Assembly (NCBI GenBank): GCA_963708135.1
Contig: OY970192.1
Span: 1,792,001 to 1,856,000, forward strand
DNA: 64,000 bases
Reading direction: 5' to 3'
Origin: an uncultured Gemmatimonadales bacterium
Lineage (GTDB): Bacteria > Gemmatimonadota > Gemmatimonadetes > Longimicrobiales > RSA9
The translations under genes and the position numbers were made by a program. The notes under the pieces are model-generated. The model searched no databases and was not told where the DNA came from. It saw nothing but the letters and a program-made list of their open reading frames with translations. Numbering within the stretch: position 1 is the stretch's first letter; every line of letters begins with the position of its first letter. This document shows positions 39,766 to 50,445 of the stretch, piece by piece.

Positions 39766-41032
39766 TCCGGAGGGCGGGCCGACGACGACGCGGGGGTCCG
39801 CCGCGTGTTCTACCGACCCTCCCGGCCCACCTCCGACGGACGCGCTCTCCTCGCCCTCTCACCCCTCCAGTTTCTGGAAGCACTTTCCCAGCTGATCCCG
39901 CCGCCCCGGGTTCACCGCCACCGCTACCACGGCGTTCTCGCCCCCAACGCACGGCTCCGGCCCCGGGTCGTCGCCCTCGAACGCGACGCAGAGGCCCACG
40001 CGGACGAGCGCCGCATCCTGCGCCTCTTCCAACGCCGCGGCCTCCTCGAGGAGCACACGGTGAACGACATGCTCACCTGGCAGGGCACCGGCGGCTTCAG
40101 CCTCGACGCCTCCGTCCGCATCCACGGCGCCGACCGGGCCGGCCGCGAGCGCCTCCTCCGCTACTGCGCCCGGCCGCCGTTTGCCCTCGATCGCCTGCGG
40201 ATCGAGCGTCAGTCCGGAGGGCGGGCCGACGACGACGCGGGGGTCCGCCGCGTGTTCTACCGACCCTCCCGGCCCACCTCCGACGGACGCGCTCTCCTCG
40301 CCCTCTCACCCCTCCAGTTTCTGGAAGCACTTTCCCAGCTGATCCCGCCGCCCCGGGTTCACCGCCACCGCTACCACGGCGTTCTCGCCCCCAACGCACG
40401 GCTCCGGCCCCGGGTCGTCGCCCTCGAACGCGACGCAGAGGCCCACGCGGACGAAGCCCACGGCGAGGGGCCCGGGGTCCACACCCACAACGAGCCCGCT
40501 ACCACCCTCACCGGCGCCGCCGCCCGCTCCCGCTGGGCCCAGCTCCTCGCCCGCATCTACGAGGTCTTCCCCCTCCGCTGCCCCGAGTGCGGATCGGACA
40601 TGCGCATCCTCGCTTTCCTCACCGACCCCGCGCCCGTGGGCGCCATCCTCCGACATCTCGACCTGCCCCATACCACACCGCCGCTCTCCCCCGCACGCGC
40701 TCCACCCCAAGTCGCACTCGCGCTCGACGCCGAGCCCCTCGCACCCGCCAATGCCCTGCCCCGCGACGACTTCGACCAGACGCCCGCGTTCGATCCGGCT
40801 GACCCCGAGCCCCTACCCGAGCTCGACCTCGACCAGACCCGCGGCGCCTGAACGGCCAGGTGCGCCCGGCAACCGCTACAGGCGCCAGGTCACACCCACA
40901 TCCGATGCCGAATCGACCGGAACCTCCACCCAATCCCGCTCGCCCGCCCATCACCCCCACCCTTGACCCGGCGAAACCACCCCGCCTATCCTACCGAAAG
41001 CAGCCGAAACGGCGTTTGGATTTCCTATCCCT
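39766..41032 (+). mobile_element. ISCR element, copy 3: 5'-truncated with an internal duplication, oriIS intact
   Basis: 39766-40007 is repeated within 40008-40851; the HUH and N-terminal Zn motifs are missing. Confidence 0.9.
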
Positions 41033-41262
41033 CACGATCCGTGCGTATTCCGGCCGAATCCGTCCAGTGATTCCGGTCGAAGCCGGCCACCGATTCCGGA
41101 CCATTCCGTCCACCCGTTCCGGAGCAATCCGTCCACCGATTCCGGGGATTCCGTCCTGCCATTCCGGCGGAATCCGTCCACCCTTGGGGGAGCGAAGCCG
41201 ACGCTGGATGACCTGAACCAGACCAGCCGCCACCTTGTGCGGGTCCTGAACCCGGAGGAGAG

Positions 41263-42834
41263 ATGGCGGCGGAGAGGTTGTCCATGCGGAAGATCAAGGA
41301 GGTGCTGCGGCTGAAGGCTGCAGGCCATGGGAACCGGGCGATCGCCCGGAGCCTGCGGATCGCGCACAGCACGGTCCGCGAGTACCTGAACCGGGCCGAG
41401 GCGGCGGAGCTGGGCTGGCCGCTGCCGGAGGGGCTGACGGAGGCGGAGCTCGAGGCCCGGCTTTTTCCGCCGCCGCAGCCGTCGAACGTGGCGCGTCCGC
41501 TGCCGGACTGGGCGGAGGTGCACCGGGAGCTGAAGTCGAAGAAGCGGAGCGGCGTCACGCTCCAGCTGCTCTGGCTCGAGTACAAGGAGGACCACCCGTA
41601 CGGGCTCCAGTACAGCCAGTTCTGCGAGCGGTACCGGCGGTGGCGGGGCGGGCTCGACCTGGTGCTCCGGCAGGAGCACCGCGCCGGGGAGAAGGTCTTC
41701 GTGGACTTCGCCGGCCAGACGGTGCCGGTGGTGGACCGGGGCACCGGGGAGATCCGCGAGGCCGAGATCTTCGTCGGGGTGCTGGGCGCCAGCAACTACA
41801 CCTACGCCGAAGCGTGCTGGAGCCAGGAGCTGCCCGAGTGGATCGGCGCGCACGTGCGCATGTACGAGTACTTCGGCGGGGTGCCGCAGCTCACGGTCCC
41901 CGACAACCTGAAGGCAGGGGTCCGCCACGCCTGCTACTACGAGCCGGACCTGAACCCGACGTATCACGAGTTGGCGGTGCACTACGGCACGGCCGTGCTG
42001 CCAGCCCGGGTCCGGAAGCCGAGGGACAAGGCGAAGGCGGAAGCGGGCGTGCTCCTGGTGGAGCGGTGGATCCTGGCCCGGCTCCGGAAGCTGACCTTCT
42101 TCAGCCTGGCCGAGCTGAACCGGGAGATCGCTCGTCTGCTGGAGCTCCTGAACGACCGGCCCTTCCAGAAGCTGGAGGGCAGCCGCCGCTCGCTCTTCGA
42201 GACGCTGGACCGGCCGGCGCTTCTCCCGCTCCCCGAGCAGCGCTACGAGTTTGCCCGCTGGAAGAAGGCCCGGGTCAACATCGACTACCACATCGATGTC
42301 CTCGGCCACTACTACAGCGTGCCCCACACCCTCGTCCGCCAGCAGGTGGACGTGCGCATCACCCGCACGAGCGTCGAGATCCTGCACTCCGGCCGCCGGG
42401 TGGCGGCGCATCTGCGGAGCCACCGCAAGGGTGGCTTCAGCACGGAGCCCGGACACCGGCCCAAGGCGCACCAGAAGCATCTCGAGTGGACGCCGTCGCG
42501 AATCGTCGCCTGGGCCGAGAAGACCGGGCCCGCCACGGGCGAGCTGGCCCGGCAGATCCTCGAGAGCAAGCCGCACCCGGAGCAGGGCTATCGCGCCTGC
42601 CTCGGTCTCCTGAGGCTCGGCGATCGACACTCTCCTGAAAGGCTCGAGGCCGCCTGCGCCCGCGCGTTGCGGATCGGCGGCGTCTCGTACCGCTCGGTCA
42701 AGTCCATCCTCCAGAGCGGACTCGACCGCCTCCCCCTGGAAGAGCAGGCGAGCCTCACCCTGCCCCAGAACCATGAACATCTGCGCGGCGGGACCTACTA
42801 CGCCGCCGCCGCCAACGGAGCCCTCTCATGCTGA
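41263..42834 (+). CDS. istA: IS21 transposase
   Basis: AGEKVFVDFAG, VPDNLK and PRDKAKAE motifs. Confidence 0.95.
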   Translation: MAAERLSMRKIKEVLRLKAAGHGNRAIARSLRIAHSTVREYLNRAEAAELGWPLPEGLTEAELEARLFPPPQPSNVARPLPDWAEVHRELKSKKRSGVTLQLLWLEYKEDHPYGLQYSQFCERYRRWRGGLDLVLRQEHRAGEKVFVDFAGQTVPVVDRGTGEIREAEIFVGVLGASNYTYAEACWSQELPEWIGAHVRMYEYFGGVPQLTVPDNLKAGVRHACYYEPDLNPTYHELAVHYGTAVLPARVRKPRDKAKAEAGVLLVERWILARLRKLTFFSLAELNREIARLLELLNDRPFQKLEGSRRSLFETLDRPALLPLPEQRYEFARWKKARVNIDYHIDVLGHYYSVPHTLVRQQVDVRITRTSVEILHSGRRVAAHLRSHRKGGFSTEPGHRPKAHQKHLEWTPSRIVAWAEKTGPATGELARQILESKPHPEQGYRACLGLLRLGDRHSPERLEAACARALRIGGVSYRSVKSILQSGLDRLPLEEQASLTLPQNHEHLRGGTYYAAAANGALSC

Positions 42835-43581
42835 CGCACCAGACCCTCGACCAGCTCCACGAGCTCCGCCTCACCGGCATGGCCCAGGCCCTGGAAGAAC
42901 AGAATGCGCATGCCCGACGTCGAGAGCCTCGCCTTCGACGACCGTCTGGCCCTCCTCCTGGAACGGGAGATCACCTTCCGCGACGACCGGCGCCTCACCC
43001 GGCTCCTCCAGGTGGCCAAGCTCCATCTTCAAGCCGCCATCGAGGACCTCGACTTCCGAAGCCCTCGAGGACTGGAGCGATCCCTCATCCTGCGCCTCTC
43101 CAGCGGCCAGTGGATCCGCGACCACCAGAGCGTCCTGATCTCCGGCGCCACGGGCACCGGCAAGAGCTTCCTGGCCTGCGCCCTCGGTCACAGCGCCTGC
43201 CGCCAGGGCCTGTCCACCCGCTACTACCGCTTCTCCCGGCTCCTCGGAGAGCTGGCTCTGGCCCGGGCCGACGGCTCCTACGCCAAGCTCCTCGACCGCC
43301 TGGCCAAGACCCAACTCCTCATCCTCGATGACTTCGGCCTCGCTCCACTCACCGACTCCGAGCGCCGTGATCTCCTCGAGGTCCTCGAAGACCGCTACGG
43401 CCGACGCGCCACCCTCGTCACCAGCCAGCTGCCCGTCGAGCACTGGCACGCGGTCATGGGAGACGCCACATTCGCCGACGCCATCCTGGATCGGCTCGTC
43501 CACAACGCCCACACCATCACCCTGAAAGGAGCATCCATGCGGCGGAAGAAGAATCAGACCCCCGCCGTCGCCGAGTCCTGA
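42828..43581 (+). pseudogene. istB: IS21 helper ATPase with a frameshift near 42905
   Basis: MLTHQTLDQL is in one frame; GATGTGKS and LILDDFG are in another. Confidence 0.88.
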
Positions 43582-43704
43582 ACACGCCAGCGTCGCTTCG
43601 CTCCGACCGGGTGGACGGCATGGACCGGAACGGGTGGACGGCTTGCGCCGGAACCGCTGGACGGCTTCCTCCGGAACTCGTGGACGGAATCACCGGAATA
43701 GGCA

Positions 43705-44197
43705 CGATCCGCCCGGACGAGCTGAGAGCGGCGTTCACCGCCGCCGGTGGATGGAGTATCGCCGAGCTGAGCGCGGAGCGCATCGAGACGCGATTTCACG
43801 ACAACGGCGCACCGGCCTGGTTGGCGACCATCCAAAGGATTTAGGCGTGCGTGGGCGCGCGCCGGCGGACCTGGCAGCGCCTCGGCGGACCCTCGCGCGT
43901 GCAGCACCGCCGAGCGGCCCTTGGTGGCGCCGGCGGCCTCCTCAGTCCTGCGGCGCCATCGGCAGCTCGCGCACGTGCCGGCCCGTGAGCGCGAACCAGG
44001 CGTTGGTGAGCGCCGGGGCGGCGGGTGGGAGGCCCGGCTCGCCGACCCCCCCCGGGTCCTCGCGGCTGTCCACGATGTGCACGTCGATCTCGGGCGCCTC
44101 CAGTGGAGCCGGCGGGAGTCGAACCCGCACCAGATCCCCCACCCCCGGATCGCGATTCGCCAGTAACCGCAACAACTATGAGCGGTTTCGACCGTCG
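43705..44197 (+). repeat. Duplicate of 22395-22888 (methyltransferase 3' end, IorB fragment, tmRNA-end copy)
   Basis: Near-identical sequence. Confidence 0.95.
44104..44128 (-). repeat. 25-bp duplicate of the tmRNA 3' end, copy 2
   Basis: Identical to 62515-62539. Confidence 0.95.
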
Positions 44198-46050
44198 GGG
44201 TGTGGGCCGCCAGGTCCGGCGCTGACGGCCGGCGCGTTGTCCCGCTCCGCCATGGTGGTGCCCCGGGTCTCGTCGAACCCTTCGGGGCATGCCCACCGTC
44301 GCACGCCCCCGATCCGTTTGGGTCCCGCCGCAGGCGCAGGCGCACCGCCCAGGGCACTCCGCAACGCCACCCGCCCAGGCCGCCGTTTACCGCCGACGAC
44401 GGCCCACGGCCACGCCCCTCTACCCCATCGTCCAGCACCACATCGAGGGCTTCCTGGCCCGGGCCGCCGAAGCCGATCCCTGGGGCGAGGGCGTGGCCGG
44501 CTGGGTCGAGGCCGACTTCCGGGCCTACCTCCGCTGCGGCATCCTGGCCCACGGCTTCGCCCGCGTCCGCTGTGACGACTGCGCCGCCGAGCGCCTCGTC
44601 GCCTTCTCCTGCAAGGGCCGCGGCGTCTGCCCCTCCTGCAACGCCCGCCGGATGGTCGAGGTCGCCGCGCACCTGAACAACGCCGTCCTGCCGCCGCTCC
44701 CGATCCGCCAATGGGTCCTCTCCGTCCCGAAGCGGATCCGCCCCTTCTTCCACCACGATCCCGCCCTTGCCGGCGCCGTGCTCCGGATCCTGCTCCGGGC
44801 CGTCCGCACCCGCCTGCGTCACGGCAGTCCCGGTGCCGGCCCGGACGCGCAGATCGGCGCCGTCTCCTTCCTCCACCGCTTCGGCTCCGCCCTCAATCCC
44901 CACTTCCACTTCCACGTCGTGGTTCTCAATGGCGTCTTCACCGGGACCGTGGACGGCGAGGTCCGCTTCGATGAGGCGACCCACTTTTCCGCCGACGACG
45001 CCTCCGCCCTCACGCCCATCCTCCAGCGCCGCATCCTGCGCCTCTTCCAACGCCGCGGCCTCCTCGAGGAGCACACGGTGAACGACATGCTCACCTGGCA
45101 GGGCACCGGCGGCTTCAGCCTCGACGCCTCCGTCCGCATCCACGGCGCCGACCGGGCCGGCCGCGAGCGCCTCCTCCGCTACTGCGCCCGGCCGCCGTTT
45201 GCCCTCGATCGCCTGCGGATCGAGCGTCAGTCCGGAGGGCGGGCCGACGACGACGCGGGGGTCCGCCGCGTGTTCTACCGACCCTCCCGGCCCACCTCCG
45301 ACGGACGCGCTCTCCTCGCCCTCTCACCCCTCCAGTTTCTGGAAGCACTTTCCCAGCTGATCCCGCCGCCCCGGGTTCACCGCCACCGCTACCACGGCGT
45401 TCTCGCCCCCAACGCACGGCTCCGGCCCCGGGTCGTCGCCCTCGAACGCGACGCAGAGGCCCACGCGGACGAAGCCCACGGCGAGGGGCCCGGGGTCCAC
45501 ACCTACAACGAGCCCGCTACCACCCTCACCGGCGCCGCCGCCCGCTCCCGCTGGGCCCAGCTCCTCGCCCGCATCTACGAGGTCTTCCCCCTCCGCTGCC
45601 CCGAGTGCGGCTCGCAGATGCGCATCCTCGCTTTCCTCACCGACCCCGCGCCCGTGGGCGCCATCCTCCGACATCTCGACCTGCCCCACACCACACCGCC
45701 GCTCTCCCCCGCACGCGCTCCACCCCAAGCCGCACTCGCGCTCGACGCCGAGCCCCTCGCACCCGCCGATGCCCTGCCCCGCGACGACTTCGACCAGACG
45801 CCCGCGTTCGATCCGGCTGACCCCGAGCCCCTACCCGAGCTCGACCTCGACCAGACCCGCGGCGCCTGAACGGCCAGGTGCGCCCGGCAACCGCTACAGG
45901 CGCCAGGTCACACCCACATCCAATGCCGAATCGACCGGAACCTCCACCCAATCCCGCTCGCCCGCCCATCACCCCCACCCTTGACCCGGCGAAACCACCC
46001 CGCCTATCCTACCGAAAGCAGCCGAAACGGCGTTTGGATTTCCTATCCCT
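44198..46050 (+). mobile_element. ISCR element, copy 4
   Basis: Near-identical to copy 2; oriIS ends at 46050. Confidence 0.92.
44289..45869 (+). CDS. ISCR-type HUH transposase
   Basis: Same motifs as copy 1. Confidence 0.92.
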   Translation: MPTVARPRSVWVPPQAQAHRPGHSATPPAQAAVYRRRRPTATPLYPIVQHHIEGFLARAAEADPWGEGVAGWVEADFRAYLRCGILAHGFARVRCDDCAAERLVAFSCKGRGVCPSCNARRMVEVAAHLNNAVLPPLPIRQWVLSVPKRIRPFFHHDPALAGAVLRILLRAVRTRLRHGSPGAGPDAQIGAVSFLHRFGSALNPHFHFHVVVLNGVFTGTVDGEVRFDEATHFSADDASALTPILQRRILRLFQRRGLLEEHTVNDMLTWQGTGGFSLDASVRIHGADRAGRERLLRYCARPPFALDRLRIERQSGGRADDDAGVRRVFYRPSRPTSDGRALLALSPLQFLEALSQLIPPPRVHRHRYHGVLAPNARLRPRVVALERDAEAHADEAHGEGPGVHTYNEPATTLTGAAARSRWAQLLARIYEVFPLRCPECGSQMRILAFLTDPAPVGAILRHLDLPHTTPPLSPARAPPQAALALDAEPLAPADALPRDDFDQTPAFDPADPEPLPELDLDQTRGA

Positions 46051-46240
46051 GACGAGCTCACCGAGAGTATTTACATTTTGGATCGCCCAAGATATCGCCT
46101 CCACCTCAAACAAATGATGCGGGTGTTCTCAACAACTGGAAGCTAGAGGCAGTTAAGCAGCTTCAGACACTCATTGAAAAGGAATACGGAAAGACCTTGG
46201 AAACCCTTCTTATCCACCTTGCGAAGAGTTTGCATGAGTA
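46051..46240 (+). pseudogene. 3' fragment of an AT-rich hypothetical gene
   Basis: Open frame RAHREYLHFG...LAKSLHE* begins at the oriIS junction. Confidence 0.5.
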
Positions 46241-46294
46241 GCTATTCCTTCTATTGCCGCCTGAGGCAAAACACAAAATCATAGGGGAGGAAAC

Positions 46295-46681
46295 TTGAGC
46301 GATCGGGAGCAGGTTGTCGTAAAGACGTACAAGGGAAGGGAATCGAAAGCCGCAGAGCTGTTTCAAGAAGACGCAGCGAAAATGGCATTACAGGGTTACA
46401 TTCCGACATCGCAGAGTTGGGCTCCGGGTGCCTATGGGTGCGGCTCCTTCCTCTTCGCGCTGCTACTGTGCTTTGTCCTGATCGGATTCTTGGTTTTCAT
46501 TTACATGCTGCTGGTTAAGCCGGACGGAACACTTTCTGTAACGTACGAGCTGCGAATCGAAGTGCAAGGCTCGAAGCAATCTGCTCCAACCGCGGAAAAG
46601 ACATGCCCAAAGTGTGCGGAAAACGTAAAGGCGGCAGCTACTGTTTGTCGCTTCTGCGGACACAACTTCGAGCCGGCCTAA
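46295..46681 (+). CDS. Zinc-ribbon membrane protein (gene-cassette ORF)
   Basis: TM helix plus KTCPKCAE.VK..A.VCRFCG; ggagg RBS; stop codon lies inside the attC. Confidence 0.85.
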   Translation: MSDREQVVVKTYKGRESKAAELFQEDAAKMALQGYIPTSQSWAPGAYGCGSFLFALLLCFVLIGFLVFIYMLLVKPDGTLSVTYELRIEVQGSKQSAPTAEKTCPKCAENVKAAATVCRFCGHNFEPA

Positions 46682-46736
46682 CAAGGCCATGCAGGCGACG
46701 TCCGAAGACGCACGCGCCTGATGGCCGGCGTTAGGG
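46676..46736 (+). other. Integron attC site
   Basis: R'' gcctaac and R' gttagg; inner arms ggccatgcaggcg / cgcctgatggcc pair with one extrahelical G. Confidence 0.85.
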
Positions 46737-46894
46737 TTACAACAATGAAGCGTTCTCTCTGGAAACAAAGTCTTACCAAAAACTGGTGCCCTGCGTGGCC
46801 GTGCCCCGTTTGCCGAAAGGAGTCTGTAAAGCTTGTACCAAAATCACTTATATATAAAGAAAACGTCAATTCAAAACGAGCGCACAGCCATGAA

Positions 46895-48655
46895 CCTCCC
46901 GTATTCACCACGCGTAGGTTGAGCCGATTGAGCGCGTGATTTGGAATTCGGCGGCGGCGTGCGTGGCGCCCGGGCTGATTACGGGGACAGCCCCCCTTTC
47001 CCCCGGCGCGCCGCCGACGGCTCCGTGCTCCGATCGCTCCCCGCCCGAGAAGGCCTACGCTGGAGTGGGCAGGGCCAGGGCGGCGGGGGAGCCGCGGGCC
47101 GAGTAGCGCCGGCTCATTTCTCGCCAGAAGCGCTGCCACAGGTGCGCGCGGCCCGCGTCGATGACGAGCGTGAGTCGTCGGCCGCTCACCAGCACGCGTC
47201 CCGCCGCTTTGAGCACGAGTTGGCGGAAGCGCTGGCGGGTCATGACCTGACGTTCGCCGCACGAGACCAGTTCTGCGCCAGCTCTCAGCAGGTTGGCCGC
47301 GATGAGGCTCAGCAGCAGGCGCGCCTCGTTGGCGCCGAAGCTGTCGGTGTCGGGCTCGGGCGTGGCGACGCTCCGCCCGCGGTAGTGCTTCTTGGGCCGC
47401 GGCGCCGACGAGAGCGCCAGCGCCAGCGTGCTTTTCCAGTCCCCGAACTCCCGCTCGGCTTCTCCCCGCGCCCGGTAGCGCTCCAGCAGCGCCGGGCCGT
47501 CTACCTCTTCGGTGCTCGCGTTCGTGAGCAGGAAAAAATGGTCGAGGAACAGCTCCCCCTGCTCGTCCGAGCGCTCCAGCATCACGAGCACCACCCGGCG
47601 CGCATGGTCCCAGCGCCCGGCAGCATAGGTCAGCTCGTGCGTCCAGATCCGACCTTCGGCCGGCGGGTGTCCAGGCGGCCGCTTCAGGTACGGCGCCGCG
47701 AGTCTCTCCAGGCGTGCATTCCCACGCAGCCGGGCCACGTAGCGCACGCCCTCGTCCTCCAGCGTGGCCAGCAACTCGTTCTCCGGGAATCCCGCATCCA
47801 TGCGCAGCCACACCTGCTCCGCCTGCGTCTTCGCCCAGAGCACCGCGGGGACCACAAAGCCCAGCGCGCCTTGCGCCGTGTGCGCGTTTCCCTCTCGCAG
47901 CTCGGCCGCCAGGAAGTCTCCCAACTCCCAGCGCAGCACCAGCGGGTGGTAGCAGCAGCAGCCATAGTGCGCGTTCCACGAGCTGCCCGGCTGCAGCCCG
48001 TGCACTTCGACCGGCAGCGAATCCAGATCCAGCGTGACCTCCGCAACGCGCGGCGCGTTCCGGCCCCGCCGCCGCTCCGCACCCCGCAGCAGGAGCGTGG
48101 AAAGGCCCTGCCGGTTTCCCGGGTCGGCCAGCACCGCCAGGAGCCGCGACAGGGTTGGCTGAGAGGCCAGCCCGGAGGCCGCGCCCGCAGCCCCACCCCG
48201 CACCGGCGCCGTCCCCCGGCGCCGCGACACGGCCACGCGCAGCGCCGGATCGGCGCGCAGCAGGTCCGCATCCCGCTGGTCCGTCCATCCCTGCGCCAGC
48301 AGGAGCACCTGCGTGAGCATCAGCTCGAGGAAGTCGTGCGTGATCCGCGCGGGGTCGCGCGGGTCGTGCAGGTGGTGGTGGACCAGCGCCGGGAAGCCCA
48401 GCCGCTCCAGCAGCGCACGCAACAGCACCGCGCCCGCGTCCGAGGTCAGCCGCTCCGGTCGCGCCTCCACGCCCATCGAACGGTTGAAATCCAGCCGGAA
48501 AAGTGTACCTTGTTCTTCACCCATGGCGTGTTTGTCGTGTGGTCCGGAAGGATGGTTTGGTTTGCACCCCCATCTCACGGTCACACAGGCAGATGCGCCA
48601 TGGGCGCTTACGCCCTACACAACCCCTCCACTAACCCGCTCGTGAATACGGCAGG
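46895..48655 (-). mobile_element. IS1380-family element, copy 1
   Basis: IRs cct(c/g)ccgtattcac; 5-bp TSD atgaa. Confidence 0.95.
47055..48524 (-). CDS. IS1380 transposase
   Basis: LTSDAGA, LASQPTLSR, LDLDS, RMDAGF and YRARGEAE motifs. Confidence 0.92.
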   Translation of the reverse strand: MGEEQGTLFRLDFNRSMGVEARPERLTSDAGAVLLRALLERLGFPALVHHHLHDPRDPARITHDFLELMLTQVLLLAQGWTDQRDADLLRADPALRVAVSRRRGTAPVRGGAAGAASGLASQPTLSRLLAVLADPGNRQGLSTLLLRGAERRRGRNAPRVAEVTLDLDSLPVEVHGLQPGSSWNAHYGCCCYHPLVLRWELGDFLAAELREGNAHTAQGALGFVVPAVLWAKTQAEQVWLRMDAGFPENELLATLEDEGVRYVARLRGNARLERLAAPYLKRPPGHPPAEGRIWTHELTYAAGRWDHARRVVLVMLERSDEQGELFLDHFFLLTNASTEEVDGPALLERYRARGEAEREFGDWKSTLALALSSAPRPKKHYRGRSVATPEPDTDSFGANEARLLLSLIAANLLRAGAELVSCGERQVMTRQRFRQLVLKAAGRVLVSGRRLTLVIDAGRAHLWQRFWREMSRRYSARGSPAALALPTPA

Positions 48656-48684
48656 ATGAAGCATGGGACCCTGATTGGATTGAA

Positions 48685-50445
48685 CCTCCCGTATTCACCA
48701 CGCGTAGGTTGAGCCGATTGAGCGCGTGATTTGGAATTCGGCGGCGGCGTGCGTGGCGCCCGGGCTGATTACGGGGACAGCCCCCCTTTCCCCCGGCGCG
48801 CCGCCGACGGCTCCGTGCTCCGATCGCTCCCCGCCCGAGAAGGCCTACGCTGGAGTGGGCAGGGCCAGGGCGGCGGGGGAGCCGCGGGCCGAGTAGCGCC
48901 GGCTCATTTCTCGCCAGAAGCGCTGCCACAGGTGCGCGCGGCCCGCGTCGATGACGAGCGTGAGTCGTCGGCCGCTCACCAGCACGCGTCCCGCCGCTTT
49001 GAGCACGAGTTGGCGGAAGCGCTGGCGGGTCATGACCTGACGTTCGCCGCACGAGACCAGTTCTGCGCCAGCTCTCAGCAGGTTGGCCGCGATGAGGCTC
49101 AGCAGCAGGCGCGCCTCGTTGGCGCCGAAGCTGTCGGTGTCGGGCTCGGGCGTGGCGACGCTCCGCCCGCGGTAGTGCTTCTTGGGCCGCGGCGCCGACG
49201 AGAGCGCCAGCGCCAGCGTGCTTTTCCAGTCCCCGAACTCCCGCTCGGCTTCTCCCCGCGCCCGGTAGCGCTCCAGCAGCGCCGGGCCGTCTACCTCTTC
49301 GGTGCTCGCGTTCGTGAGCAGGAAAAAATGGTCGAGGAACAGCTCCCCCTGCTCGTCCGAGCGCTCCAGCATCACGAGCACCACCCGGCGCGCATGGTCC
49401 CAGCGCCCGGCAGCATAGGTCAGCTCGTGCGTCCAGATCCGACCTTCGGCCGGCGGGTGTCCAGGCGGCCGCTTCAGGTACGGCGCCGCGAGTCTCTCCA
49501 GGCGTGCATTCCCACGCAGCCGGGCCACGTAGCGCACGCCCTCGTCCTCCAGCGTGGCCAGCAACTCGTTCTCCGGGAATCCCGCATCCATGCGCAGCCA
49601 CACCTGCTCCGCCTGCGTCTTCGCCCAGAGCACCGCGGGGACCACAAAGCCCAGCGCGCCTTGCGCCGTGTGCGCGTTTCCCTCTCGCAGCTCGGCCGCC
49701 AGGAAGTCTCCCAACTCCCAGCGCAGCACCAGCGGGTGGTAGCAGCAGCAGCCATAGTGCGCGTTCCACGAGCTGCCCGGCTGCAGCCCGTGCACTTCGA
49801 CCGGCAGCGAATCCAGATCCAGCGTGACCTCCGCAACGCGCGGCGCGTTCCGGCCCCGCCGCCGCTCCGCACCCCGCAGCAGGAGCGTGGAAAGGCCCTG
49901 CCGGTTTCCCGGGTCGGCCAGCACCGCCAGGAGCCGCGACAGGGTTGGCTGAGAGGCCAGCCCGGAGGCCGCGCCCGCAGCCCCACCCCGCACCGGCGCC
50001 GTCCCCCGGCGCCGCGACACGGCCACGCGCAGCGCCGGATCGGCGCGCAGCAGGTCCGCATCCCGCTGGTCCGTCCATCCCTGCGCCAGCAGGAGCACCT
50101 GCGTGAGCATCAGCTCGAGGAAGTCGTGCGTGATCCGCGCGGGGTCGCGCGGGTCGTGCAGGTGGTGGTGGACCAGCGCCGGGAAGCCCAGCCGCTCCAG
50201 CAGCGCACGCAACAGCACCGCGCCCGCGTCCGAGGTCAGCCGCTCCGGTCGCGCCTCCACGCCCATCGAACGGTTGAAATCCAGCCGGAAAAGTGTACCT
50301 TGTTCTTCACCCATGGCGTGTTTGTCGTGTGGTCCGGAAGGATGGTTTGGTTTGCACCCCCATCTTACGGTCACACAGGCAGATGCGCCATGGGCGCTTA
50401 CGCCCTACACAACCCCTCCACTAACCCGCTCGTGAATACGACAGG
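48685..50445 (-). mobile_element. IS1380-family element, copy 2
   Basis: Same IRs as copy 1; 5-bp TSD ttgaa. Confidence 0.95.
48845..50314 (-). CDS. IS1380 transposase
   Basis: Protein identical to copy 1. Confidence 0.92.
   Translation of the reverse strand: MGEEQGTLFRLDFNRSMGVEARPERLTSDAGAVLLRALLERLGFPALVHHHLHDPRDPARITHDFLELMLTQVLLLAQGWTDQRDADLLRADPALRVAVSRRRGTAPVRGGAAGAASGLASQPTLSRLLAVLADPGNRQGLSTLLLRGAERRRGRNAPRVAEVTLDLDSLPVEVHGLQPGSSWNAHYGCCCYHPLVLRWELGDFLAAELREGNAHTAQGALGFVVPAVLWAKTQAEQVWLRMDAGFPENELLATLEDEGVRYVARLRGNARLERLAAPYLKRPPGHPPAEGRIWTHELTYAAGRWDHARRVVLVMLERSDEQGELFLDHFFLLTNASTEEVDGPALLERYRARGEAEREFGDWKSTLALALSSAPRPKKHYRGRSVATPEPDTDSFGANEARLLLSLIAANLLRAGAELVSCGERQVMTRQRFRQLVLKAAGRVLVSGRRLTLVIDAGRAHLWQRFWREMSRRYSARGSPAALALPTPA

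Larger units (their letters stand above)
41042..43704 (+). mobile_element. IS21-family element B
   Basis: TG...CA ends (tgcgtattccgg / tgcctattccgg), multiple internal repeats of about 22 bp, 7-bp TSD cgatccg. Confidence 0.95.

Noticed and set aside
41042..41185. Repeated attccg...gtccacc motifs resembling a CRISPR or iteron array (also 43605-43704)
   Set aside because: These are the multiple terminal repeats characteristic of IS21-family ends.
46895..50445. IS1380 tandem as an assembly duplication or composite transposon
   Set aside because: Each copy has its own distinct 5-bp TSD and the spacer is contiguous DUF4145 coding sequence, so these are two independent insertions.
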